Of a stretch of 64,000 nt of DNA, positions 24,498 through 36,539 are shown one piece after another. The notes under the pieces are model-generated. The model saw only the letters and a list, made by a program, of their open reading frames with translations. It did not search any database and had not been told where the DNA came from. A program made the translations under genes and the position numbers. The stretch comes from Malacoraja senta (taxonomy: Eukaryota): NCBI GenBank assembly GCA_038087875.1, contig CM075995.1:2172001-2236000 (forward strand). Reading direction: 5' to 3'. Position 1 is the first letter of the stretch. Each line of letters begins with the position of its first letter.

Positions 24498-25344
24498 GTT
24501 AGCTGGCTCTGAATGCTGGCTGTGGGCAGTGCGATGTAGAACAGATGGATGATAGGTAGCAGTCGACAAGTCTGACCACCTGGCTGTTTGTTTACCCAAG
24601 TTGCTACCTTTGGCAACCCTGTTGTAAAAGAGCCTCCTTCTGCCCGACTTTTGTTCTGATAAAGCTTTCAGAAATACTGAACATAAGGGATCTGTTTGCA
24701 TACATATGGCACGGTCTAGTTTGGTTCAACAGCAGAAAAGCAGGTGCTGGGAAGTTTAGAAGTTTTTATCACATGCAAAATGCATCCCTCATGAGATTGT
24801 ATTTGATTGTATCCCACTGCTGAGATTGTATTTGATCAACTGGTATTTAATTATAAATTATTTTGTTTTAACATCGAACATTTAATAATAGTGAGATAGG
24901 GGAGAGGGAAGGAGATGTAGTACAGTAAGTATGGGCGAGAGGGAAGGAGGGAGTGTGAAAGTGTTCGATCAAGGGGTGAAACCACTTGCATAGGAAGGAA
25001 CTGTAGATGCTGGTTTACACCGAAGATAGACTGAGAGTCAGGGGAGAGGGAAACTGTTTCAGACTGAGAGTCAGGGGATAAGGGAAACTGGAGGTATGAA
25101 AAGTTTCAGAACAAATCGGAGCCGGCACCAATGACTAAGGAAAGGTGGAGCTCACAATGGTCCATTGTTGGCTGTGGAAGAGGTGATGGCGAAGGAATAT
25201 GTGGATGTGAACAGTGGAACTGGCGGGGTGGGGGAGAGACGGAGAAAGAGAGAATGCAGGGTTACTTGCAATTAGAGAAATCAACATTATGAACTAATGA
25301 TTAGAGAAATCACTTGTTTGTAGCAGTGGGATTTCACCTTCAGG

Positions 25345-25812
25345 TCATAAGGTCATAAGGAGTAGAATTAGAATTAGGCCATTCGGCCCATCAAGTCTAC
25401 GTTATTCAATCATGGCTGATCTATCTCTCCCTCCTAACCCCATTCTCCTGCCTTCTCCCCATAACCTCTGACACCCGTACTAGTCAAGAATCTACCTAAC
25501 TCTGCCTTAAAAATATCCACTGACTTTGCCGCCACAGCCTTCTGTGGCAAAGAATTTCACAGATTCACCACACTCTGACTAAATACATTTCTCCTCCTTC
25601 CTAAAAGAACATCCTTTAATTTTGAGGCTGTGACCTCTGGTCCGAGGCTCTCCCACTAGTGGAAACATCCTCTCCACATCCACTCTATCCAAGCCTTTCA
25701 CTATTCTGTGTGTTTCAATGAGGTCCCCCCACCCCCTCATTCTTCTAAACTCCAGCGAGTACAGGCCCAGTGCCGACAAACGCTCATCATCGGTTAGCCC
25801 ACTCATTCCTGG
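25345..25812 (-). mobile_element. CR1 LINE 3' fragment
   Basis: ORF 25579-25821 (LGLYSLEFRRMRG..DLIET..RTRGHSL) plus 3' UTR. Confidence 0.85.
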
Positions 25813-27248
25813 AAGTAGCAAGTTACTGCCTCAAGAAGAGGGGAACTGGTCATTCCTCAAACAACCCATTGGCACAAGAGCAGCATTCAGGAGATGGCAA
25901 CCAGTCGCTCTCCCAAAGATAAGCAGTAGTGGACCCCAGCCCTGGTGGTGAACCGGTCAATCCTAGGATGTTGCTTCTCACCGCATGGCTGGCAGGCTCA
26001 CCACTGACACAGCCATGAGTTCTCACGAGAGAGTTCGATTTAGCTCTTAGGGCTGAAGGAGTCAAGGGATATGGGGAAAAAGCCGGGAACTGGGTACTGA
26101 TTTTAGATGATCAGCCATGATCATATTGAATGGCGGTGCCGGCTCGAAGGGCCGAATTGCCTACTCCTGCACCTATTTTCTATGTTTCTAATCAGATAAT
26201 AAAAAGATTTGAATGACTTAAAAACACAAAAGTGCTGGAATAACTCAGCTGGTCAGGCAACGTGTGGAGAGAATGTAGATAGGCTTTTGAAGATAGCGGA
26301 GTCAGGGGATATGGGGAGGAGGCAGGAATGGGGTACTGATTGTGGATGATCAGCCATGATCACATCGAATGGCGGTGCTGGCTCGAAGGCCGAATGGCCT
26401 ACTCCTGCACCTATTGTCTATTGTCTCTGAAACACATCGCTCAAAACTGGAGAAGATAGAGCCTGATAATAAGTATTTGGATGAATCTTTGAGAGCAGCA
26501 CTTGAAGTTTAAAAAGCCATGGTTTGACACGAGAGAACAGTAATAGGATCAGGAAGGTGGAAATTATTACTCAATCCAATGTTTAGTGGTGATTATCTTT
26601 CATTTACTAATGTCCATCCATGACTTAACTCATCCATCCAAGCTCCATCGTTCCACTTCAACCCCTTTCCTTCCCAACCTCACCGCATTCTCAGTCTCAG
26701 CTTTTCAGCTCAATTTTAATTTCTGTCATTGCATGTCGCGGATAAATTAATTCAACTGAAACCCTTTCCTTATGCGTAGGAGGGAACTGCAGATGCTGGT
26801 TTACACTGAAGACCGTCTCAAAATGCTGGAGTAACTCAGAGGGTCAGGCGGCATCCACGGAGAAAAGGAGTAGGTGACGTTTCGGGTCGCAACCCTTCTG
26901 CAGACAGAAAGTCGAGGTGGGCAAGAGGTGGGAGGGGGAAATCAACTGGAGGTGAGAAAAGGCCAGAATAAAATAATGTTCTGTGCCCATCTTTTCTTGA
27001 CACAAGTTTATTTCATCCCCCCCCCCCCCCCACCACCACTCCCTCTCTACTTTCAGTCTGAGGAAGGGTTCTGACCCAAAAGGGTTCACCTATTCTTTTT
27101 CTCCAGAGATGCTGCCTGACCCGCTGAATTACTCAAGCATTTTGTGTTTACCTTCATAATATTGCCTTGTTTGGAGGAATATTCAAATTTGGAAGTTCAT
27201 CTCAGAGCAAGATCATTAATTTGCTCTGGTATTCCATCTGCATTCTAA

Positions 27249-27597
27249 AGGGCCTGTCCCACTTTCCCGAGTTATTCACAAATTCTCCCAAGTTTTCCCC
27301 TGGATTCAAACTCGCAGAATGTTCGTAACGAGTCTATGCCAGCCGTAGGTCCTCGGGGCATCAGGTAAGTCGGGACGTTTTTTGCAGCCTGATGAAAAAT
27401 GTCCACGAGTAAAAAAAAATAGCCCCGCGTACCTACGGCTGGCATAACGAGCCATTACGATATATCCACGGACTCCGTAGAACTCCTACGGACTTGTTAC
27501 CAACATTCTGCGAGTTTGAATCAAGGGGTAAACTCGGGAGAATTCGTGAATAACTCGGGAGAATTCGTGAATAACTCAGGAAAGTGGGACAGGCCCT
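27249..27597. mobile_element. PIF/Harbinger-type MITE
   Basis: TAA TSD (27246-48 / 27598-600); TIR AGGGCCTGTCCCACTTTCC extends imperfectly to about 90 bp; 21-bp internal duplication in the right arm. Confidence 0.92.
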
Positions 27598-28404
27598 TAA
27601 GAAAATAGTAAGCAGGTTTATCAAAATACTCCACAACAGTTTGAAGAAATAAGAATCTCCCCTGCAAGCTGGCAAACATTTACTGTTTTAATTTCCAATT
27701 CATATCTGTAATTGGATGATTGGTCGCGTTCTCATAAGTTCTCATAAGTGATAGGAGCAGAATTTGGCAATTCGGCCCATCAAGTCTAGTGGTGAAACGG
27801 AAAAGATTGAATAGGAATCTGAGGGGTAACTTTTTCACACAAAGGGTGGTGGGTGTACGGAACAAGCTGCCAGAGGAGGTAGTTGAGCCAGGGGCTATCC
27901 CAACATTTAAGAAACAGTTAGACAGGTACATGGAGAGGACAGATTTGGAGGGATATGGACCAAACGCAGGCAGGTGGGACTAGAGTAGCTGGGACATGGT
28001 TGCCGGTGTGGGTAGGTTGGGCTGAAGGTCCTGTTTCCACACTGTACCACTCTATGACTCTTTATGGTTTAAGTTGGGTTTTAACTTTTCTGCTATTCTC
28101 ACACAAAAAAAGTATTGGCCTAGACATGTTTAAAAAAGGATAGCTTGCACCACCTCCGTTTATTGGTTTATACATGTCCAAAAGGGGTGATACCACACAC
28201 TCATACCGTTTGCATTTAATTATATAGATTTTTAAAATGTAACCTTCTCTTCCTACTTATTAATCTGAGTGGCAGAGAAACAGGATACAGCTGGAAAGAG
28301 CATTAATGACAGATGTTGCACAGAGTTGATCCTGTGAACATGCACCATCCCCGCCCCTCCGCTCAGCCCTGGAGCACATCTGACAACGGCAGGGAAGCAA
28401 CTGG

Positions 28405-28712
28405 GCGACACGATGGCGCAGCAGTAGAGTTGCTGCCTTACAGCGCCAGAGACCGGGGTTCAATCCTGACTACGGGTGGTTGCCTGTACGGAGTTGCACC
28501 TTCTCCCCGTGACCTGCGTGGGCTTTCTCCGAGATCTCCCGTTTCCTCCCACACTCCAAAGACGTACTGGTTTGTTGGCTAATTGGCTTGGTGTAATTGT
28601 GAATTGTTCCTAGTGTGCAGGATAGTGTTAGTGTGCGGTGATCTCTGGTCAGAGCGGACGCTGTGGGCCAAAGATCACCGCACTGTGGCGCGCTGTATCT
28701 CTAAACTAAACT
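28405..28712 (+). mobile_element. HE1/V-SINE
   Basis: Head, V-domain and (ctaaa)n tail. Confidence 0.9.
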
Positions 28713-29284
28713 ACCTCTGTGGCACTGAGCAAACCTTCTAACAACCGACTGCCCGTTCTGCTTGAGGACCGAGATGTCTCCACTTGGCATCTCCTCCTGG
28801 AAGATTTTGACTGGGACGAGACAGTAAGGGAAAGGATGCTTTCATGCAGCAGAGTCATTAATCAGGGTCCCAGCAAATTCATGTTCATAAGTTCTAGGAG
28901 CAGAATTAAGCCATTCGGCCCATCAAGTCTACTCCGTCATTCAATCATGGCTGATCTATCTTTCCCTCTCAACCCTATTCTTCTGCCTTCTCTCCATAAC
29001 CCCTGACAACCATATTAATCAAGAATCTTTCAATCTCCGCCTTAAAAATATCCATTGATGGCCTCCACAGCCACCTGTGGCAACGAAGTCCACAGATTCA
29101 CTACCCTCTGACTAAAGAAATTCTTTCTCATCTCCTTTCTAGAGGAATGGCCTTTTATTCTGAGGGTATGGCCTCTGGGCCTAGACTCTCCTACTAGTGG
29201 AAACATCCTCTCCACATCTACTCCACCCAGGCCTTTCACTAGACCGAAGGGCCTCTTTCCAGGCTGTAAATCTAAACTAAACTA

Positions 29285-29630
29285 GGGCGGCACAGTGGCG
29301 CAGTGGTGGAGTTGCTGCCTTACAGCGCTTTTAGCATCAGAGACCCGGCTTTGTTCCCGGCTACGGGCGCTTGTCTGTACAGAATTTGTACGTTCCCCGG
29401 TGACCGCGTGGGTTTCTCCGAGATCTTCGGTTTCCTCCCGCACTCCAAAGACGTACAGGTTTGTAAATTATTTGGCTTTGTATAAATGTAAATTGACCCC
29501 AGTGTGTGTAGGATGGTGTTAATATGTGGGGATCGCTGGTCGGCGCAGACTCGGTGGGCCGAAGGGCCTGTTTCTGCACTGTATCTCTAAACTAAACTAA
29601 ACTATGCTAAACTAAACTAAACTAAACTAA
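29285..29630 (+). mobile_element. HE1/V-SINE with long (CTAAA)n tail
   Basis: Full-length copy. Confidence 0.9.
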
Positions 29631-30127
29631 ATAGAATCATACTATATGAGTACAATCAATCCATACATAAGTGCAACAAGGAGAAAGATAATAGAGTGTT
29701 GAACTTAGTTTTAGAGCATTGTAGAGTTCCAGTTCCAGAGGAAAAAAGTACAATGTGGTAGGTTGGAAGATTGGGACAACACCCTAGTTTATGGGTTAAC
29801 CATTCAGAAGTCTGATAACAGAGTGGAGGAAGCTGTTCCTGAGTATGGTGTAACATGTTTTCAAGCTTTTGTATCTACTGCCCAACAAGAGAGGGGAGAA
29901 GAGGGAATGACCGAGATGAAAAAACGTCCTAAATAACATATTTGTAAATAATCTATTTAAACAATATTAAAATAGCCAATTCCAGTGCTGCAAAGTCTTC
30001 CACAAACAAACAACTTTTGCTCCTTTCAGCCATTTTGAATCATAAATTTAGAGAGGATGAGAGAAAAAGGCCATGCTACCTGATGTGAGCCCCAGCAGCA
30101 TAAACAAAATACCACTCTCTTTTGGAC

Positions 30128-30692
30128 CGAGACCCTTCTTCAGACTGATGTGGGTGGGGGGGGGGGCACGGGAAGAAGAAAGGAAGAGGTGGAGACAGTG
30201 GGCTGTAGGAGAGCTGGGACGGGGAGGCGAAAGAGGGAGAAAGCAAGGACTACCTGAAATTGGAGAAGTCAATTCTCCCGGTGGTTCAGCACTTCAATTC
30301 CCCATCCCATTCCGAATCCGACCTTTCTGTCCTGGGCCTCCTCCATGGCCAGAGTGAGGCCCACCATAAATTGGAGGAGCAGCACCTCATATTTCGCTTG
30401 GGTAGTTTACACCTCAGCGGTATGAACATTGACTTCTCCAATATCAGGTAGTCCTTGCTTTCTCGCTCTTTCCCCTCCCCTTCCCAGCTCTCCCACAGCC
30501 CACTGTCTCCGTCTCTTCCTTTCTTCTTCCTGCCCCCACACCCCACCCCCCACCCCCACATCAGTCTGAAGAAGGGTCTCCGCCCGAAACGTCACCTATT
30601 CCTTCGCTCCATGGATGCTGCCTCACCCGCTGTGTTTCTCCAGCATTTTTGTCTCCCTTCGATTATTCCAGCATCTGCAGTTCTTTCTTAAA
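30128..30692 (+). mobile_element. Penelope insertion: inverted partial repeat + GIY-YIG C-terminus + terminal repeat with hammerhead (30566-30593)
   Basis: 15-bp direct repeat CACTCTCTTTTGGAC at 30113-30127 / 30693-30707; ORF 30260-30451 LPVVQHFNSPSHS..KLEEQHLIFRLGSL; 30128-30272 is the inverted copy. Confidence 0.9.
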
Positions 30693-31809
30693 CACTCTCT
30701 TTTGGACGAATTGCAATTCCGCCTTTCTCTGGTTCTCTCTCTTACCACTCTTCATCTTTAGACTTCAGAGATAGAGAGCGGAAACAGGCCCAACGGCACA
30801 CCGGGTCCACACCGACACTATCACCGATCACCCTGCACACTAGCACAATCCTACACACTAGGGACAATTTGCAATTTTACTGAAGCCAATTAACCTACAA
30901 AAACTTGCACGTCTCTTTGGAGTGTGGGAGAAATCCAGGGCACACGGTCACAGGGAGAACGTACAAATTTCATACAGTCAGCACCCGTAGTCAGGATCGA
31001 ACCTGGGTCTCTGGCTCTGTAAGGCAGCAACTCTACGGTGTCAGGGGTTATGGAGAGAAAGCACAAGGATGGGGTTGAGAGGGAAAGATAGACCAGCCAT
31101 GATTGAATGGCGGAGTAGACTTGATGGGCCGAATGGCCTAAATATTCTCCTAGAACTTACGACCTTATGACTGTGCAACTGTGCTGCCCCCTTTTTGTGG
31201 TGACATTTTGTTCCACGATTTTCGGGGACTGCATGTGTGAATACCCAATTTTTTTAACTCAGGCTACATGGATGGGGCAGGATTGGAGGGATATGGACCA
31301 AATGCTGCCAGGTGGGACTAGTGTGGCTGGGACATGTTGGCCGGTATGGGTAAGTTGGGCCGAAGGGCCTGTTTCCACACTCACTGTATAGACTCTACGA
31401 CTCTATGATTGTGAGCATAGTAGGGAGAAAAAAACTGCCGGGCGAACAATTCACGGCAGCACTGGTTAAAGTAAGCTGATAAATGATCTAATCTCTGCTG
31501 TTTTAATAAGGCACGTTCTCTGTTGCTACCGATTATCTCTGGCTGGATAATAAGAGAAAGCAATATAAACACTACAAAATCGAACTGGGTGACGCGCCAG
31601 AGGATTACTAAGGTTCTAATGAGGTCAGATTCTTCAGAGGCCAATATAATTATTACTCTGATCCAGTGGCTTAATAAGAGGGGGTTTTTGGTGAAAAAGT
31701 ATTGCTTGAAACCAAGAGCAATTTTTCAAAAGTTTTTCGTTTCAGTGTTAAATAGTACAAATTATTGGCCAGCTGCCCCATGTAGTTTGTTTTTTTAAAG
31801 TTTCCCAAT

Positions 31810-31951
31810 CTTCTTCTTCTTGCGTATGGCGTGCACAGCCTAAAGTTGTAGGACAACTTGTTCTATTTGATCTTATTTGATTTTGCACGCCGGGTTGATT
31901 GCATTCGTCGAAACAGGGCAGACCACGTGAAGGTTGCAATCTCCCCACCCC
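31810..31951 (-). mobile_element. 142-bp non-autonomous retroelement with a 5' HDV-like ribozyme and (GAA)n tail
   Basis: Perfect 11-bp TSD AGTTTCCCAAT (31799-31809 / 31952-31962); 3' tail AAGAAGAAGAAG; no tRNA-like head. Confidence 0.88.
31897..31951 (-). ncRNA. Minimal HDV-like (delta-like) self-cleaving ribozyme, 55 nt
   Basis: GGGGUGG-GGA-GAUUGCA-ACC-UUCACGU-GGU-CUGCCCU-GUUUCGA-CGAA-UGCAAUC maps to P1, J1/2, P2, P3, L3, P3', P1', reduced P4, J4/2 with catalytic C (31907), P2'. Confidence 0.8.
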
Positions 31952-32199
31952 AGTTTCCCAATAATACCATATAATGTACACAGAGGGACTGCCCAGGATC
32001 TCAATACCATTCGGCCACCCAGTGACACCAACTGATGATAGTCGCAAAATGCTGGAGTAACTCAGGCAGCATCACTGGAGAAAAGGAATAGGTGGCGTAT
32101 CCGGTCACCATCCTTCATCATACTGAGGGGCCACGAGTGACACAAACTGTTCACTTTGATCTATGATGTCGCTTAGATCATCTAATGACCTGTTTTCTC

Positions 32200-32510
32200 T
32201 CAGCGGCACAGCGGTAGAGTTGCTGCTTTACAGCGCCAGAGACCCGGGTTCGAGCTTGACTGCTGGTGTGCGTCTGTACGGAGTTTGTACGTTCTCCCAG
32301 TGAGCTGCGTGGGTTTTCTCCGGGATCTCCGGTTTCCTCCCCCATACCAAAGACGTACAGGTTTGTAGATTAATTGGCTTGGTATAATTGTAAATTGTCC
32401 CTAGTGTGGGATAGCGTTAGTGTGCGTGGATCGCTTGTCGGCGCGGACTCAGTGGGCCGAAGGGCCTGTTTCCGTGCTGGATCACTAAACTAAACTAAAC
32501 TAAACTAAAC
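32200..32510 (+). mobile_element. HE1/V-SINE
   Basis: Full-length copy with (taaac)n tail. Confidence 0.9.
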
Positions 32511-32660
32511 TCTCATGAAGTGCAAATTAAAACTATAAAATACCGACCAGCTCTTACCTCAGCATTACCCACTCGTTATTGCTCTAATTTAAGCCTGTCA
32601 TCGCCATTTTAAATGGGAATAGAACATTCGGAATAGTTAGATGAACATAAATATTTTTGC

Positions 32661-32842
32661 TCAAGAAGGAACTGCAGATGCTGGAAAATCAAAGGTAGAC
32701 AAAAGTGCTGGAGAAGCTCAGTGGGTGCGGCAGCATCTATGGAGCGAAGGAAATAGGCAACGTTTCGGGTCGAAACGTTGCCTATTCCTTCGCTCCATAG
32801 ATGCTGCCGCACCCGCTGAGTTTCTCCAGCACTTTTGCCTAC
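32661..32842. mobile_element. Fold-back Penelope terminal-repeat insertion
   Basis: 15-bp TSD CATAAATATTTTTGC (32646-60 / 32843-57); near-perfect palindrome centred on aacgtttcgggtcgaaacgtt. Confidence 0.9.
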
Positions 32843-33294
32843 CATAAATATTTTTGCACAGCTTATTGCAAGATTGTATAATCAGTTCATAGCTCCTTTT
32901 CCTTGTTTTTACAGGTTCACCGTGCCACTTCTTTTATTGATGACCTCTAATTGCTTCTGGACTGCGGAGACATATATAGGGGTCAACGGCTTGGTTGGGA
33001 CCTGAGACACATGTAGCTGGATGAGGTAAGGATGGCTCTTGTCCTTCTCTGATGGGCATGAAGGAACCAGGTTTATTTCAGGACATTGCAATCACCGCAT
33101 AGCTACCGACCTCCAGGCTAACTTCAACTCCCAACCCATTGAGTTAAGTGAGTTAATGTTCCCTGTCACCATCATGGAATATCAATTTGATTCCGAGGAT
33201 CAATGGTGCAGAATTCAAGTTCCCAGCAGTAATTTAAATCTCACGTTTCATGTAACACAATCATCTTATAAGCCTGATCACAAACTGTATATGT

Positions 33295-33640
33295 ACCGCT
33301 TCGCTTCCTGAAGTCGATCGCTATCTCCTTCGTCTTGCTGACATTGAGAGGAAGGTTGTTTTCTTGACACTGCGTCACGAGGTTCTCAATCTCCTTCCTG
33401 TACTCCGTCTCATCAATATTTGATAACCGGCCCACAATGGTGGTGCCATCTGCGTATTTGTAGATGGAATTGGATTTTGTACTCGGTTGCATAGCCCTGG
33501 GTGTATAAGAGGTAAAGAGGGGGCTGAGAACACATCCTTGAGGAACACCAATGTTGAGGATTATCGTAGAGGATGATTTGTCCCCTGTCCTTTCTGATTG
33601 GGAACTGTTGGTGACCAACCTGGACCATTGATTCCAATGT
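33295..33640 (-). mobile_element. Rex1/Babar RT fragment
   Basis: SSTIILNIGVPQGCVLSP..KYADGTTIVG..ENNLPLNVSKTKEIAIDFRK. Confidence 0.88.
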
Positions 33641-33820
33641 GTAGGAAAGAACTGCAGATGCTGGTTTAAATCGAAGATGGACACAAAATGCTGGAGTAAC
33701 TCAGCGGGACAGGCAGACTGATCAGTCTGAAGAAGGTCTCGACCCAAAACGTCACCCATTCGTTCACTCCAGAGATGCTGTCTGTCCCACTCAGTTACTC
33801 CAACATTTTGTGTCTATCTT
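33641..33820. mobile_element. Fold-back Penelope terminal-repeat insertion
   Basis: 16-bp direct repeat CCA(T/C)TGATTCCAATGT at 33625-40 / 33821-36. Confidence 0.85.
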
Positions 33821-35624
33821 CCACTGATTCCAATGTTCCTCACCAACCCCTTCTACTCCTTTTTTTAAAATCTTCAGATCCTCGCTGTACTTCCTTAATC
33901 CTCACCACTGAGCACCCATGATCTGAAGTCTAAGGGAATTATTCTGCTAGTTTAGTCTTTTAGTTTACTTTGGCATAGAGATGCAGCATGGAAACAGGCC
34001 CTTCGGCCCACCGAGTCCATGGCGACCAACAATCACCCGTGCTCTAGTTCTATCCTACAAAACAGGGACAATGTGGGAGGAAACCGGAGCACCCGGAGAA
34101 AACCCACGCAGTCTCAGGGAGAACGTACATACTCCGTGCAGACAGCACCTGTGGTCAGGAACGAACCCGGGTCTCCGGCGCTGTGAGCCAGCAAATCCAC
34201 CGTGCTCTTTCACCATACCGCTTTTTACCTGGAGAGTTGTGAATCTGTGGAATTCTTTGCCACAGGAGGCAGTGGAGGCCAATTCACCGGATGGCTTCAA
34301 GTGAGGGTTAGATTTAGCTCTTAGGGCTAAAGGAAACAAGGGATATGGGAAAAGGAATGGGGTACTAATTTTAGATGATCAGCCATGATCATATTGAATG
34401 GCGGTGCTGGCTCGAAGGGCCGATTGGCCTACTCCTGCACCTATTTTTCTGTGTTTCTATGTGCTGCCCCAAAATCCATGATGTGTATGTGTCAGATGCC
34501 TGGGGACAACAAGACATTGATTTACACAAAATATTACCCGTACATGAAATCCACGATGTTACTGTCCAGGATTCTCCCTCAATAGTGGCAGGCCCCTCCT
34601 CCTCAGTTATCATATTGTTTCATGTGTAAATGGAAAAGATGACAAATCTACCTGAAATGATAACTGTGATTGTGACAATTCCAATCAATATTTGTTGTAA
34701 TCAGCCTTCTCAGCTAAAAGAAGTGCATTAGGTCAGACTCGGGAAATTATCTCAATAGACAATAGACAATATACAATAGGTGCAGGAGTAGGCCATTCGG
34801 CCCTTTGAGCCAGCACCACCATTCAATATCATCATGGCTGATCGTCCACAATCAGTACCCCGTTCCTGCTTTCTCGCTATATCCCCTGACTCCGCTATCT
34901 TTAAGAGCTCTATCCAACTCTCTCTTGAATGCATCCAGTGAATTGGCCTCCACTGCCTTCTGAGGCAGAGAATTCCACAGATTCACAACTCTCTGGGTGA
35001 AACATTTTTTCCTCATCTCTGTTCTAAATGGCCTACTCCTTATTCTCAAACTGTGACCCCTGGTCACTCTGTGACCACTCTACATTAGATCAGGCCAATT
35101 CCATCACAACGGATTCAATGAAGGATCAGAACCAATTGAAAATAGATAGGGCTCTTAAAAATAGGGGATTTGGGGAGAAGGCAGGAACGGGGTACTGATT
35201 GGGGATGATCAGCCATGATCACATTGAATGGCGGTGCTGGCTCGAAGGGCCAAATGGCCTACTCCTGCACCTATTGTCTATTGTCTATTGAAAAATAATC
35301 ATACAGGTCTGGCATTTCTAGTAGCTATCTCAAACTGCATCTAAATGATCAATCCATGCCATTAACTGATATGGACACAAAGAGTTGGAGGAACTCAGCG
35401 GGTCAGGCAGCACCTCTGGAATTCTGCAGTCTCTGCAGTTCCTTGTTTCTACACTAACTTATACATTGTGGTTTATGAAGAGAATGCGGAGGAATACAAT
35501 ATAGAAGTTGGGAAGAGGGTTATGGTGGTGGTGAGGATTGGGGACAATTAGCGGAAACAAATTCTCTGCTGCGATTTGAGTAAATCGCTCCATGGTTTAA
35601 CTTGTCTCATTGGTAATTAGAAAT

Positions 35625-35925
35625 TGGGGATACCGCGCGGAAACAGGCCCTTCGGCCCACCGGTTCCGTGCCGACCAGCGATCCCCACACACTAACACTA
35701 TCCTGCACACTCACCTGGGACAATTTACAATTTTTACCGAAGCCAATTAACCTACAAACCTGTACGTCTGTGGAGATGCAGGAGGAAAGAGGAGCACCTG
35801 GAGAAACCCATGCAGGGAATGGGGAAAAGGTGCAAACTCCATACAGACAGCACCCGTAGTCGGGATCAAACCCAGGTCTCTGTTGCTGTCAGGCAGCAAC
35901 TCTACCGCTGCGCCACCGTGCCACC
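35625..35925 (-). mobile_element. HE1/V-SINE
   Basis: Reverse-complement copy. Confidence 0.88.
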
Positions 35926-35967
35926 TTTACCTGAACACTATACAATACCAGCACAGTGGATATTCAT

Positions 35968-36150
35968 GTGTAGAAAGGAACTGCAGATGCTGGTTTATTC
36001 ACAAAGTGCTGGAGTAACTCAGCAGGTCAGGCAGCATGACACAAAGTGCTGGGGTCTGAAGAAGGGTCCCTACCCAAAACATCACCCATCCTTCTTCTCC
36101 GGAGATGCTGCCTGACCCACTGAGTTACTCCTGCTCTTTATGGCTATCTT
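35968..36150. mobile_element. Fold-back Penelope terminal-repeat insertion
   Basis: 14-bp direct repeat CAGTG(G/C)ATATTCAT at 35954-67 / 36151-64. Confidence 0.85.
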
Positions 36151-36539
36151 CAGTGCATATTCATTGAAGCTTAAACAATCGAACAAGGGACAGAAATACC
36201 AAAAGCACTTCCCTGAAAAATGTTTTTTTTTTAACTTGCTGTTATTCCATGGTTATTTTTAGATTCGCGTTTAACTGCAGCCCATTGCCCTTATCCTGCT
36301 TCGTCCTTTTCAATGAAACCATAGCATATTTGTTGCAAAGCTATTTAATCTGATTTCTTTGTTGACTTAACGAAATGGAAAATGACTGTGTAAGTCAAAA
36401 ATGAGGAGCATGATAAGCAGAGCATCATCTTAGAAAGCACATACTTCCAACCATTGTTTATCTAATGCATACTTTAAATATTCTGCTACAAACCTTTTGA
36501 GAATCGGCCACCATTTGGGACGTGCTATTTTTAAAACGT

